Notes under the pieces: generated by a model | Told to the model about the DNA's origin: nothing | Databases searched by the model: none | Seen by the model: only the letters and a program-made list of their open reading frames with translations | Shown here: piece by piece, positions 10,183 through 19,760 of the stretch | Layout of the letters: each line of letters starts with the position of its first letter | How positions within the stretch are numbered: position 1 is the first letter of the stretch | Assembly (NCBI GenBank): GCA_963775685.1 | Contig: CAVZJV010000014.1 | Location: 1,312,001 to 1,376,000 of the forward strand | DNA length: 64,000 nt | Origin: Candidatus Bathyarchaeota archaeon | GTDB lineage: Archaea; Thermoproteota; Bathyarchaeia; Bathyarchaeales; Bathycorpusculaceae | Direction: 5' to 3' | Translations under genes and position numbers: made by a program

Positions 10183-10464
10183 TTACCATAACCTCTTTAC
10201 GCTTTTCTTTAACCTGTCTTCAGATCTGCCAACTAAAAGTGAACCATCAACCTCAACTGTTGTTCCGTCTCCGAAACTAAAGTCGAAAGTTGCTAAGTCT
10301 TTTATTACACTTTTAGGCTGACCCCGATGAATTAAAGTTAATGTGTTTTTTGTTTCCGCAATAACTGGACCAGCTAATCCCATGTAGCCTGCATGGACAC
10401 TTTGGGCGATTCTTGCTTGAGTGCCAATTAACTCGTATCGAATAACATCTTGAGTTACTTTCAT
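10183..10464 (-). CDS. rnp1: RNase P protein component 1 (POP4/Rpp29)
   Basis: ELIG...ETKNTL...GRSEDRLKK; conserved position before rps17. Confidence 0.92.
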   Translation of the reverse strand: MKVTQDVIRYELIGTQARIAQSVHAGYMGLAGPVIAETKNTLTLIHRGQPKSVIKDLATFDFSFGDGTTVEVDGSLLVGRSEDRLKKSVKRLW

Positions 10465-10760
10465 TTAGATGTTACCTCCTTAGCAGTTTTCTTTCCTTTG
10501 GATGTATTTGCTGGTTTTTCAGCTTTCTTTTCTTGTTTTTCCTCTTTCACTTCAAGTGTTTGCCTAATTCCCAGTTTCTTCTCATTTTCGACGGTTAATA
10601 TTTGAGCAATAGTTCTACGCAGTTCTCTTATTCGAGTAGGATTCTCAACGGCGCCTCCGGCGTTTACCATAGTTCGGAAACGGGCTAATTCAATTCGTAA
10701 ATCTGCAAGTTTGTTTGCTCTATCCTCGGCGGAAAGGGCATTGATTTCTTTTATGCGCAT
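10461..10760 (-). CDS. rpl29: 50S ribosomal protein uL29 with charged tail
   Basis: GGAVENPTRIRELRRTIAQILT. Confidence 0.95.
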   Translation of the reverse strand: MRIKEINALSAEDRANKLADLRIELARFRTMVNAGGAVENPTRIRELRRTIAQILTVENEKKLGIRQTLEVKEEKQEKKAEKPANTSKGKKTAKEVTSK

Positions 10761-11524
10761 TACTCTTTTGCCTCCTCAGGTTTTGCTTCTGCCGCTATCT
10801 TTGGTTCGTCAGTAACTTCTTTGGCTTGCACAACTGGTTCTGGCGCTGGTTCAGGTTTTGCCTCGACTGGTGCTGCCGCGGGAGTGGGTGCTGGGGGTTG
10901 TGCAACAACACTAGTTTCTTCTACTGGGGCTGGTTTGATTATTGTTACTTTGTCTGGGAAATATGCGTCTGGAGGCATGATTTTTACTCTTACTCCAATT
11001 ATGCCTGGTTTCAGTTGTATATGGGCTTCAGCTGTTTTCATGGCTCGAAGTGCTGGTTCTCCGACTATCGGGAAGTGACCTGCTTTGAATTTTTCAAAGC
11101 GTGCTCGTTCAGTTGTTAGTTTGCCGCTGATTACGATTTCAGCGCCAAGTGCGCCCGCTTCCATAACTTGGTTCAATGCCCAAAAGCCTGCGCGTCTAAA
11201 GTGGACTCCTCTCTCAAGAGCTGAGGCTACCCGGTTTGCAATTACGTGGGCGTTGAATTCTGGAACTTCGATTTCTGAAACGGATATTTGTGGGTTGGAA
11301 ACTTTGAAGTTTTGTTCAAGGGCTGAGGCCAGTTCTTTGATGGTTTCTCCACCTCGACCGATAACTAAGCCCGGACGCATAGCATATATAACGACGTGTG
11401 TGCCTAATGGTGTTTTGGATAGATTTACTCCACCATAGCCTGCGCGTTCAAGCTTTTTCTGTAAAAACTCATCAATTTCTGTTCTTTTAATCGATTCAGT
11501 AATGAAACGTTTAACTATGCTCAT
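10760..11524 (-). CDS. rps3: 30S ribosomal protein uS3 with P/A/E tail
   Basis: RPGLVIGRGG KH motif, GIIGVRVKIM. Confidence 0.97.
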   Translation of the reverse strand: MSIVKRFITESIKRTEIDEFLQKKLERAGYGGVNLSKTPLGTHVVIYAMRPGLVIGRGGETIKELASALEQNFKVSNPQISVSEIEVPEFNAHVIANRVASALERGVHFRRAGFWALNQVMEAGALGAEIVISGKLTTERARFEKFKAGHFPIVGEPALRAMKTAEAHIQLKPGIIGVRVKIMPPDAYFPDKVTIIKPAPVEETSVVAQPPAPTPAAAPVEAKPEPAPEPVVQAKEVTDEPKIAAEAKPEEAKE

Positions 11525-12010
11525 TTATTGCTCTCCTTGGGTCGGTTTCTCTTCTAGGACAATTTCGACGTGTGTTGTTTTATCGAATTTTGGTGAAGCT
11601 CTCCCGTGTGCTCTTGGCGTGAAACGCTTAAGTTTGATGCCTTGATAAGCTGCTGCATGCAATATGCGAAGTCGATCAACATCTAAGCCTTTGTTTTCTG
11701 CATTGGCTTGAGCTGCTTGAATAACATGAAGGATTGTTTCCGCGGTTTTTATCGGGAACCTACCGACACATCTACCCGCCATTCCACCTTTATGTCCCAG
11801 CTTTTTTATGTATCGCGTGTAGGGAACGGGTTTTTTCTTTATCATCACGTCGCGTAAAAACTCTTTAGATTGAATAAGACTCATACCCTTAACAGCTTTA
11901 CAGACTTCTCGTGCGGCTTTATGGGATACCTTAAGTTCTCTACCGCTGGCTTTCGCTGTTTTTTCTGGATTAAGCATTTCTTCAATTATTGAGTATCCCC
12001 ATTTTGGCAT
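11525..12010 (-). CDS. rpl22: 50S ribosomal protein uL22
   Basis: MPKWGYS, GRFP, ANAENKGLD, PRAHGRA. Confidence 0.96.
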   Translation of the reverse strand: MPKWGYSIIEEMLNPEKTAKASGRELKVSHKAAREVCKAVKGMSLIQSKEFLRDVMIKKKPVPYTRYIKKLGHKGGMAGRCVGRFPIKTAETILHVIQAAQANAENKGLDVDRLRILHAAAYQGIKLKRFTPRAHGRASPKFDKTTHVEIVLEEKPTQGEQ

Positions 12011-12439
12011 AGATATTTTCTCCAGTGCGCATTCAAACACGTAAAAGCAATTTATATGGCTTTCCGTATCACAACTAAGATTTTACTCTTAACAGACTAA
12101 GTAGGTGTTCCTGCGAGGAACTATTCGAACGCGTGAGGTGTACAATCTGTGGATTGTGTTTGACCTTTTATAGTTTACCTAAAAAACTCATTGAAAAGTA
12201 AATTATGTCTTTTGCGCTTTTGTTATTTCCTCTATTTTTCTTCTGTTTTCTAAAAAGGGTTAAAACAGTGGGTGTAGTTTTTTCTGACCTGAGATATCAT
12301 AAGTCTACGTGATAGAGCATTTAAAACGATTGAAGAGATATGTATTACAGTGCATTCCATTCAGAAGAATTTGGGAAAATTTAGAATTGAATGTATCTTT
12401 AGAAGATAGAAAAAAGTTACAAAAAGAAAAAGGATAAAA

Positions 12440-13483
12440 TTATCTGCTAAATGCGCTAAACTTTATAGGCCCCAGATGCTTTTCGTTTTTCCGTAAGAAA
12501 GCACTTTCAACACCGGTTACGACAGCCATCACTGAAACTGCACCTTGTAGCTCCTGATCAACTCTTGCACCCCAGATGATCTTTGCATTAGGTGGTAGTG
12601 AACGTTTCATGATTTCTGCTGCTCGGTTGACTTCGCTAAGTGTTAGATCTTCTCCGCCAGAGACATGTATCAGCAAGCCCTTTGCCTTTGTGACGTCTTC
12701 TATGTCGAGTAGACGACCGTTTAGTGCTTTTTCTACTGCTTGTTCTACTCTAGTTTCGCCTGTGCCTTCGCCGATGCCTATTGAAGCTAAACCTGAATCT
12801 GACATTATTGCTTTTAAGTCAGCATAGTCCATGTTGATTAGGCTTGCTGTGGTTATTGTTTCGGTTACGCCTTTTATGAATTTGCCGACAGTAGTGTTAG
12901 CTACACCTAAAGCTTCTCGGAAGGGCAAGTTTCCTGCGACTTTAACGAGTCGGTTGTTATCGATCACTACTACTGTATCGCATACTGCTTTTAGTCGATT
13001 CAGTCCCTTTTTCGCTGATGCCATTCTTGCGGTTTCAACTTCGAATGGAAGAGTGACTACACCAACGATCAAAGGTGCCGTTGCAGAACCTGCTGCTCTT
13101 TTGCGTAAAGTGTCAGCTAATCCGACAATTGCCCCAGTTCCAGTTCCTCCGCCTAAGCCAGCTACCATGAATATGATGTTAGCTCTGGATAATTCATGGA
13201 TAACTTCGTTAGCGGTTTCGTATAGGGCTTTTTCGCCTACTTCTGCGTAGCCTCCGCTACCGAGTCCTCTGGTTAGTTTTTCACCTATCAAGATTCTTTT
13301 GTCTGCTTTGGTAATCATTAGGTGTGTTGCGTCGGTGTTTACTGCTACTAGTTTGCCACCCGTGATTCCTTTTTCTTTGACCCAGGTAATAACGTTGCAT
13401 CCTGCGCCTCCGAGTCCGACAGCGATTACTGATGGCGCGGCCATTTTTGCGTATTTTAGTATTTTTTCTTCTTGACTCTCCAC
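12440..13483 (-). CDS. ftsZ: Cell division protein FtsZ (true start may be upstream, see findings)
   Basis: GLGGAGCN, NTD, GGGTGTG tubulin signature, INMDYAD T7 loop. Confidence 0.95.
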   Translation of the reverse strand: MESQEEKILKYAKMAAPSVIAVGLGGAGCNVITWVKEKGITGGKLVAVNTDATHLMITKADKRILIGEKLTRGLGSGGYAEVGEKALYETANEVIHELSRANIIFMVAGLGGGTGTGAIVGLADTLRKRAAGSATAPLIVGVVTLPFEVETARMASAKKGLNRLKAVCDTVVVIDNNRLVKVAGNLPFREALGVANTTVGKFIKGVTETITTASLINMDYADLKAIMSDSGLASIGIGEGTGETRVEQAVEKALNGRLLDIEDVTKAKGLLIHVSGGEDLTLSEVNRAAEIMKRSLPPNAKIIWGARVDQELQGAVSVMAVVTGVESAFLRKNEKHLGPIKFSAFSR

Positions 13484-13697
13484 ATAAGGAGTTTCGGTAT
13501 ACTCAAATGGTTGTTCTTTTTCGGTTTGTATTTTAATTCCCCCAAACTTAATATCTTAAGATACAATATACCATATATTTAAGCCTGTTGCATTCTGATT
13601 TAAACCGCTTTATTGTAAAACAATAATACAGTCAGAATTAGTGTTTAGGAATATACCTTATATACATCCGTATCAAAATAAAAACAGGGAGAAAGAA

Positions 13698-14114
13698 ATG
13701 AAGAAACTAACCCTAATGAAGAAGTTTATGACAAATTTTGTCGGTAAGGGAATTCACTTAGTCATCAAAGAGAAAGACGGAGCATTTCTGGTTCATACTA
13801 TAGAGATTATGCAAAAAACTGACGAGACATGTCCAGTAAAAGACATCCCGATAGGCGAGTATTTTTTGCATTTAGAAGCTACAAACCCTGAGGGAAACGA
13901 AGCATCCATAGTCTGCAACTGGGCAGATGATCTTTTAAAAAACCTGATGACACACTATAAAGACGCAAAAGACGCAGAAATTTCCAAAATAACGATGTTG
14001 AGAGACCCAATATCTAACGATTCCAACAAGTGGCTTCTAACATGGGGCGATGAATTAGAAGAGTGCAATATTGTAGAAAACGAAAAGAAAGATCCGATAG
14101 GTTACATCTTCTAA
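13698..14114 (+). CDS. Hypothetical protein, divergent from ftsZ
   Basis: GGGAG RBS before ATG 13698; open frame; T-run after stop. Confidence 0.75.
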   Translation: MKKLTLMKKFMTNFVGKGIHLVIKEKDGAFLVHTIEIMQKTDETCPVKDIPIGEYFLHLEATNPEGNEASIVCNWADDLLKNLMTHYKDAKDAEISKITMLRDPISNDSNKWLLTWGDELEECNIVENEKKDPIGYIF

Positions 14115-14423
14115 ACGTAACTTTATTTTTTCTTTTTAGATTTCAGAGTAAAAATTATCAATTCTTTAACCATTGAATTCTATTGTCCTTAACCGACTAA
14201 CATAAATCAGGGATCGCGTTTTTCTGTGAAGTGCCTATGTTTCACATTTAGGGTACTCTATTTTAGTAAAAAGTCTTTGGAGAGTTCAAATCCATGGAAA
14301 AACTGGGAAAAAACTCTCCTGCGCGATATAGGTAATCGTCGCTTAGTTAGAATGATGAGGGCTTTGTACCCGAAAAATTAATGGTTACCTTTTTCAGGTT
14401 TCCTTCAGGTCACATTTTTTTTC

Positions 14424-14612
14424 TTATTGTGGATGGTCTTGGTTGAACTTCTTTATCAATTCATAAAGTTTCTTTGCCGACGCGGCGAACAGCTTATTTT
14501 CTCCCTTAACGCCAACAAAGGTCCCATCTGATTCCACAGTAATCCTAAAACCGCCCGTATAATCGGTACTATCACAAGATGCTTTCCTACGCATATTTAA
14601 TCTCAACCACAT
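14424..14612 (-). CDS. Small hypothetical protein
   Basis: 62-aa ORF with AAGG upstream and A/T run downstream; no family recognised. Confidence 0.4.
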   Translation of the reverse strand: MWLRLNMRRKASCDSTDYTGGFRITVESDGTFVGVKGENKLFAASAKKLYELIKKFNQDHPQ

Positions 14613-14732
14613 TACCTTACAAACAGGATTTGTTTGATTTAAGCCATTCTTTTCTTTTCGCCAAGTGCGATTCGTTTATGTTTCACTTCCAACCTTCCTA
14701 TTGCATCGGTTAACACTGGAAGAACCATCGAA

Positions 14733-15797
14733 ATGTCAAGCAAAAAAGAGAAAATCACAATGCTGCATGGTGCTGGCGGCACAGTCATGCATGATTTAGT
14801 TAAAAATTACATCGTGAAGTATTTTGGCGGAATCGGCAATGCTGAGGTTCCATTAGAAGCGATGGATGATGCAGCGGTAGTAGGCGATATTGTTTTTAAA
14901 AGCGATTCCCACGCGGTTAAACCTATTTTTTTCCCAGGTGGAGACATTGGACGAATTGCCATTTCGGGAACTGTTAATGACATTTCATGTTTGGGTGCAG
15001 AGCCTTATGCGTTGGCTTGTGGGCTTATTCTTGAAGAAGGATTGGCAATTTCAGATTTGGAGAAAATCCTTGTTAGCATGAGGCAAACTTGCATTGAAGC
15101 TGGTGTAGGCATAGTTACAGGGGACACAAAAGTTGTTGAGAAGGGCAGTTTGGGCGGCTGCGTTATGAATCTTTCGGGCATCGGTAGAAGAACACAAGCT
15201 CTCGAGAGCAACCTGAAGGTTGTGAGGCAACATCGCGAACTGAAAGCACGGTGGGCACTTGACTCCAACCTTTCCAATGGGGATAAAATCATCCTATCAG
15301 GAACCATTGGTGACCATGGCTTGGCTGTGCTTTCGGCGCAACAGGGTTTAACGTTTGGCAGCCAAATACTCTCTGACGTGAAACCTCTTAACCGAATGAT
15401 TCAAAGTTTGCTGGGCAAGGTCGGTGGCGTGGTTGCCATGAAAGATCCCACCCGAGGTGGCTTGGCAGATGCATTAAATGAGTGGACCGAAAAATCTAAA
15501 GTCGGCATACTTATCCACGAAAACAAAGTGCCCATCCGACGGGACGTGCAAACTGCTTGTGAAATGCTAGGCATAGATCCTTTAGAAGTAGGCAACGAAG
15601 GCAAGATTATTGTGGGCGTTGTACCGCAAAAGGCAGAAGAAGCTCTTGCATTCTTAAAGCAAACTCCAGAAGGGAAAGATGCCCAAATAATCGGCGAAGC
15701 AACAAGAGAATTTAAGGGTTTAGCGATGCACACATTAGTTGGTGGCAAAAGGATAATCGCTCGTCCAGTCGGCGACCCCGTGCCCAGAATCTGTTAA
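14733..15797 (+). CDS. hypE: Hydrogenase maturation carbamoyl dehydratase HypE
   Basis: HGAGG, FPGGDIG, GDTKVV, DPTRGG, C-terminal PRIC. Confidence 0.97.
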   Translation: MSSKKEKITMLHGAGGTVMHDLVKNYIVKYFGGIGNAEVPLEAMDDAAVVGDIVFKSDSHAVKPIFFPGGDIGRIAISGTVNDISCLGAEPYALACGLILEEGLAISDLEKILVSMRQTCIEAGVGIVTGDTKVVEKGSLGGCVMNLSGIGRRTQALESNLKVVRQHRELKARWALDSNLSNGDKIILSGTIGDHGLAVLSAQQGLTFGSQILSDVKPLNRMIQSLLGKVGGVVAMKDPTRGGLADALNEWTEKSKVGILIHENKVPIRRDVQTACEMLGIDPLEVGNEGKIIVGVVPQKAEEALAFLKQTPEGKDAQIIGEATREFKGLAMHTLVGGKRIIARPVGDPVPRIC

Positions 15798-16882
15798 GCC
15801 TGAGCAGCTACATTTTTTGCCCAGACGCGGCAGGTGCCTTCGCTGCTGACCATGCAGGCTCCCACGGGTTTGGCTGGCGTGCAGGCTTTCATGAACAGGG
15901 GGCATTCTTTGGGTTTGATTTTTCCAATGATGACGAGGTGGCATTCGCATCCGAAGTTGATGTCTTTGCCTTCTTTAACATGAACATTGAATTTTTCTCG
16001 AGCATCAAACTGCTTGAGTGACTCGCGTAGTTGCAGGGCTGAATCGGGAAGTCTGCCGATGCCGCGCCAATTGCCCGCAGCAACCGAAAAAGCTTCCTGC
16101 ATTAGTTGCTGGGCTTTAACGTTGCCTTCAGGCTTAACCACACGTGAATATTCATTTTCCAATTGAGCATCGTTTTCGCTGACTTGTTTTAGAAGCATAT
16201 AAAGTGACATTAGCACGTCGTTAGGCTCAAAACCCGCAATGACTGTGGGCATTCGATAAACCCGGGTAAACAGCTCGTAGGGTTTTAGGCCAATGATTGC
16301 GCTTACGTGTCCGGGTGCGATGAATCCGTCAATCTGTAAGTCGCCAACTCCTAGCAGGAGTTCCATGGCGGGTGGGATTAAGCGGTGGGATACAAGGAAG
16401 CTGAAGTTTTTGGGTAAGTCTCCGAGTGCTTCGACGGCGGTGATGGGTGCTGTTGTTTCGAAGCCGACAGCGTGGAACACGAATTCTTTTTGGGGCTCGT
16501 GTTTAGCCATTTCAACCGCATCGGAAACTGCATACACGATTCGGACGTCAGCGCCTGCTGCTTTGGCTTCGAGTAGCGAAGATTTGCTTCCTGGTACCCG
16601 CAATAAGTCGCCAAAACATGTAATCGCTATGCCTTTCTGTGATAGTTGCACTGCTTCGTCGATTTCTGCCGCAGGAACTATGCATACTGGGCAGCCTGGT
16701 CCAGCGATAACTTCAACGTTTAATGGCAGCAGACTACGCAGACCAAAGTGGGTTATGGTCCACTCGTGGGTTCCGCAGACATGGCAAAACTTGACTTGTC
16801 CTTTTTTTGGCGCCACAGTTTTGATTTTCTCGGCTATGCTTTTTGCCAACTCTGGGTTTCGGAACCTTAAGTTCTGCGCCAT
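15794..16882 (-). CDS. hypD: Hydrogenase maturation protein HypD
   Basis: CGTHE, GPGCPVC, GFETT, PGHVS, GACMVSSEGTC. Confidence 0.97.
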   Translation of the reverse strand: MAQNLRFRNPELAKSIAEKIKTVAPKKGQVKFCHVCGTHEWTITHFGLRSLLPLNVEVIAGPGCPVCIVPAAEIDEAVQLSQKGIAITCFGDLLRVPGSKSSLLEAKAAGADVRIVYAVSDAVEMAKHEPQKEFVFHAVGFETTAPITAVEALGDLPKNFSFLVSHRLIPPAMELLLGVGDLQIDGFIAPGHVSAIIGLKPYELFTRVYRMPTVIAGFEPNDVLMSLYMLLKQVSENDAQLENEYSRVVKPEGNVKAQQLMQEAFSVAAGNWRGIGRLPDSALQLRESLKQFDAREKFNVHVKEGKDINFGCECHLVIIGKIKPKECPLFMKACTPAKPVGACMVSSEGTCRVWAKNVAAQA

Positions 16883-16897
16883 GCTCTCACTAGCTGC

Positions 16898-17119
16898 TTA
16901 TTCTCCAGCGGCTAAGACTTCTTTCCAGAGGCTGAGGGTTTCTAAGGCTTCTTTTTCTTCCAAAACCTGAATTGCGTAGCCAGCATGAACCAGCACGTAC
17001 TCGCCGACTTTAGCCTCCACAAGCGACATGTTAACCTCACGTAGCACGCCTTGACCGAAGTCTACTTGGGCTTTTGTGCCTTCAAGGCTTAGAATCTTTG
17101 CAGGAATTGCTAAACACAT
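16898..17119 (-). CDS. hypC: Hydrogenase chaperone HypC
   Basis: MCLAIP N-terminus, VLVHAGYA. Confidence 0.97.
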   Translation of the reverse strand: MCLAIPAKILSLEGTKAQVDFGQGVLREVNMSLVEAKVGEYVLVHAGYAIQVLEEKEALETLSLWKEVLAAGE

Positions 17120-17168
17120 AACAATCAGTCTAAATAAAACGGGTCAAAGAACGATAAAAACAGATTGG

Positions 17169-19451
17169 TCAAAAATCTGAAAACCCAGCGACAACTGCCT
17201 GACCAAGCGACACTCCTCCGTCACCAGCAGGAACCGCCTCGTGAACAAAAAACCGCAGTCCTGCAGTTTCGACATATTCGCGCATTAACTGGGCGAGGAT
17301 TTGGTTGCAGGCAGCACCTCCGGAGAAACCGACATTCTTGGCGCTTTTTGCGTTTGCGCCTTGAATTGCCTGTGCCACTAAGCCTTTTGCCAGGTAAGCG
17401 TGGGCACTGTAAGCTAAATCTTTAGCAGAAACCCTACCCAAACTGCCATAAATTTCCCTCAGCAAGCAGGAAGTATCCAAAACACCCTGTTTAATCTTAG
17501 GTTTAAGCTGTAAAAGGTCTCTGCCTGAGAGCGCCACTGACTCTAGTTTCATGGCTGGTTCACCTTCGTAGCTGCGTTCGAAACAAACGCCCAAAACAGC
17601 TGCAACCGCATCCAGAACTCGTCCACAACTTGTCGTTTCAACCATGTCCGCATTCCTTTGGAGTTGGCTGAAGATGAGTTTGGCTTCGGTTTCGCCATGA
17701 GGCAAATGGGCACTGTTTTCTGTTAGCCATTTTTCAACGTTTACCCCTGCTTTCTGAAGCATTCCAGCCGCCAACCGCACAGGGTAACGGCTCGCTAAGT
17801 CTCCGCCCAAAAGGGGTTGCGGTTCCAAGTGTCCCAGCCGCGTAAATTCTGCTGAATCCAAGATGCAGTGGAGGACTTCGCCTCCCCATGCCCCACCATC
17901 TGAGCCGAAGCCGTATCCATCGCAGGTAACAGCTACCACCTCATCTAAACCATGTTCAGCCATCAGCGCCGCTGCATGTGCATGATGATGCTGAACCTGA
18001 ACCAGCCTCAATCCTTCCTCCTGAGTCATTTCTTTAGCGAGAAGGGTCGTGTTGAATTTGGGGTGCAAATCGCAAACCACCATTTCAGCGTGGCAGTTAG
18101 TTAGGCGTTGAATGTGGCTTGTGGCTTCTTGCAGAAAATTTCGGGTTTCGATGTTTTCGACGTCACCTATGTGCTGGCTTATGAAGGCTTTGTCCTCAAG
18201 CAACACACAAGATGTATTGTTGAGTTCTCCCCCTAAGCCAACGACGCAACGTTTCGATTTCTGTTTGAGCCTAATTGGAACTGGGGCGTGGCCTCGGCTT
18301 CGTCTAAGAAACACTTGGCGGTTGCCGTGGACGCGCATGACTGAGTCGTCGCATCGGTGGGCAATTTTGCGGTTGTGAAACAGGAAATAATCTACAGTTT
18401 TTCCCAATGTTTCTATGGCTTGGTCGTTGTCTTTTACGATGGGTTGGTTTGCTGGGTTGGCGCTGGTCATCACAAATGCTGTGTCGGCGACTTGGTCGAA
18501 GAGCATGTAATGCAGGCCAGTGTAGGGCAGCATGACGCCAACGTTGTGCAGGTGAGGCGCAACCAATGATGAGAGAGAGTAGGTTTGATTTTTGTTTAGC
18601 AAGACGATGGGGCGTGCTGGGGAAGACAGCAGTTCTTGCTCCTTCGAGCTTACTTCGCCGAATGCTTTTGCTGCGTTGAGGCTTTTTGCCATGATGGCAA
18701 AGGGTTTTTCTCGTCGGTGCTTCGTGGTTCGAAGTCTAAGCAGGGGCTTTTCCAAATTAGTGGATGCTGCAATGTGGAAACCACCGTTGCCCTTCACTGC
18801 TAAAATGTTGCCTTCCGACAACAACTTCCCAGCGTCCCGAACGGGGTCTTTGGTTTGGACTGTTTTGCCATTGTTTGTTGTCAAATATGCCTTGGGACCG
18901 CATATTGGACATGCTACGGTTTGTGCATGAAACCTTCTATTCGATGGGTCTTCATACTCTTTTTGGCAAAACCCGCACAGCGGAAACTCGCGCATGGTGG
19001 TGTTTTCTCGGTCGTAGGGCAGACGCTCGATTATAGTGAAACGTGGACCGCAGTCGGTGCATGTAATAAAGAAGTATTCAAAACGCGGATTTTTGGGGTC
19101 GCGGAGTTCTTTGCTGCATTGGTTGCAGATGGCAATGTCCGGTGGGATGATGGACCCTGATGATTCTGTTTCGTGGGAACTTTTGTAAATCGCAAAATGT
19201 TCGTATTTGTTTTTTCCCGTAAGCTCGGTTGATGTTACAGCGTCTATGTGTGCCAGAGGTGGTTTCTCGGAGGGCAAATCGCCTATAAATTTTTTGATGT
19301 TTTGCGCATCTCCCTCAAGAAGCACCTCAACGCCTGCGTCACCTCTATTGCGAACGTATCCCATCAAGCCGTTTCGCACTGCTATGCGGTAGATGAAAGG
19401 CCGAAACCCCACGCCTTGCACGATGCCTGTGATGCTGAGTTTGACACGCAA
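17169..19451 (-). CDS. hypF: Carbamoyltransferase HypF
   Basis: GIVQGVGFRPF, zinc-finger CxxC pairs, QHHHAH, GDGGVSLGQ. Confidence 0.97.
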   Translation of the reverse strand: MRVKLSITGIVQGVGFRPFIYRIAVRNGLMGYVRNRGDAGVEVLLEGDAQNIKKFIGDLPSEKPPLAHIDAVTSTELTGKNKYEHFAIYKSSHETESSGSIIPPDIAICNQCSKELRDPKNPRFEYFFITCTDCGPRFTIIERLPYDRENTTMREFPLCGFCQKEYEDPSNRRFHAQTVACPICGPKAYLTTNNGKTVQTKDPVRDAGKLLSEGNILAVKGNGGFHIAASTNLEKPLLRLRTTKHRREKPFAIMAKSLNAAKAFGEVSSKEQELLSSPARPIVLLNKNQTYSLSSLVAPHLHNVGVMLPYTGLHYMLFDQVADTAFVMTSANPANQPIVKDNDQAIETLGKTVDYFLFHNRKIAHRCDDSVMRVHGNRQVFLRRSRGHAPVPIRLKQKSKRCVVGLGGELNNTSCVLLEDKAFISQHIGDVENIETRNFLQEATSHIQRLTNCHAEMVVCDLHPKFNTTLLAKEMTQEEGLRLVQVQHHHAHAAALMAEHGLDEVVAVTCDGYGFGSDGGAWGGEVLHCILDSAEFTRLGHLEPQPLLGGDLASRYPVRLAAGMLQKAGVNVEKWLTENSAHLPHGETEAKLIFSQLQRNADMVETTSCGRVLDAVAAVLGVCFERSYEGEPAMKLESVALSGRDLLQLKPKIKQGVLDTSCLLREIYGSLGRVSAKDLAYSAHAYLAKGLVAQAIQGANAKSAKNVGFSGGAACNQILAQLMREYVETAGLRFFVHEAVPAGDGGVSLGQAVVAGFSDF

Positions 19452-19550
19452 AGAGTAAACCTTGCCTTAATTGAGAACCGAGGTTTTCTCTTATACATTT
19501 CGAATAATCTTTGGCAAAGCTTAAACCTGTCAAATCTGCATCAAGAATAC

Positions 19551-19760
19551 ATGAAATGGGTTACGTTTGCTGCTGCTTTCCTTTTGACCGCTGCCTTAGT
19601 TATTGCAGGTGTCGCCCTTTATCCTGAGGTCTTGGGTAAAGCAGCAACCGCCAACAACGATTTTGTCTTTGCTCTCTTTCCGGGGCCGTTCTTTGTTGTT
19701 TTGTTTTTTTCTTGGGTAGGCGAGAAGGTAGTTCTTAGAGTCTGGAAGAAGAAAGAGTAG
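19551..19760 (+). CDS. Small two-TM membrane protein
   Basis: MKWVTFAAAFLLTAALVIAG..., two hydrophobic segments, basic C-terminus. Confidence 0.55.
   Translation: MKWVTFAAAFLLTAALVIAGVALYPEVLGKAATANNDFVFALFPGPFFVVLFFSWVGEKVVLRVWKKKE

Noticed and set aside
14733-19451. hyp cluster without hydrogenase subunits, hypE convergent with hypD
   Set aside because: Dispersed hyp genes are normal in archaea; not novel
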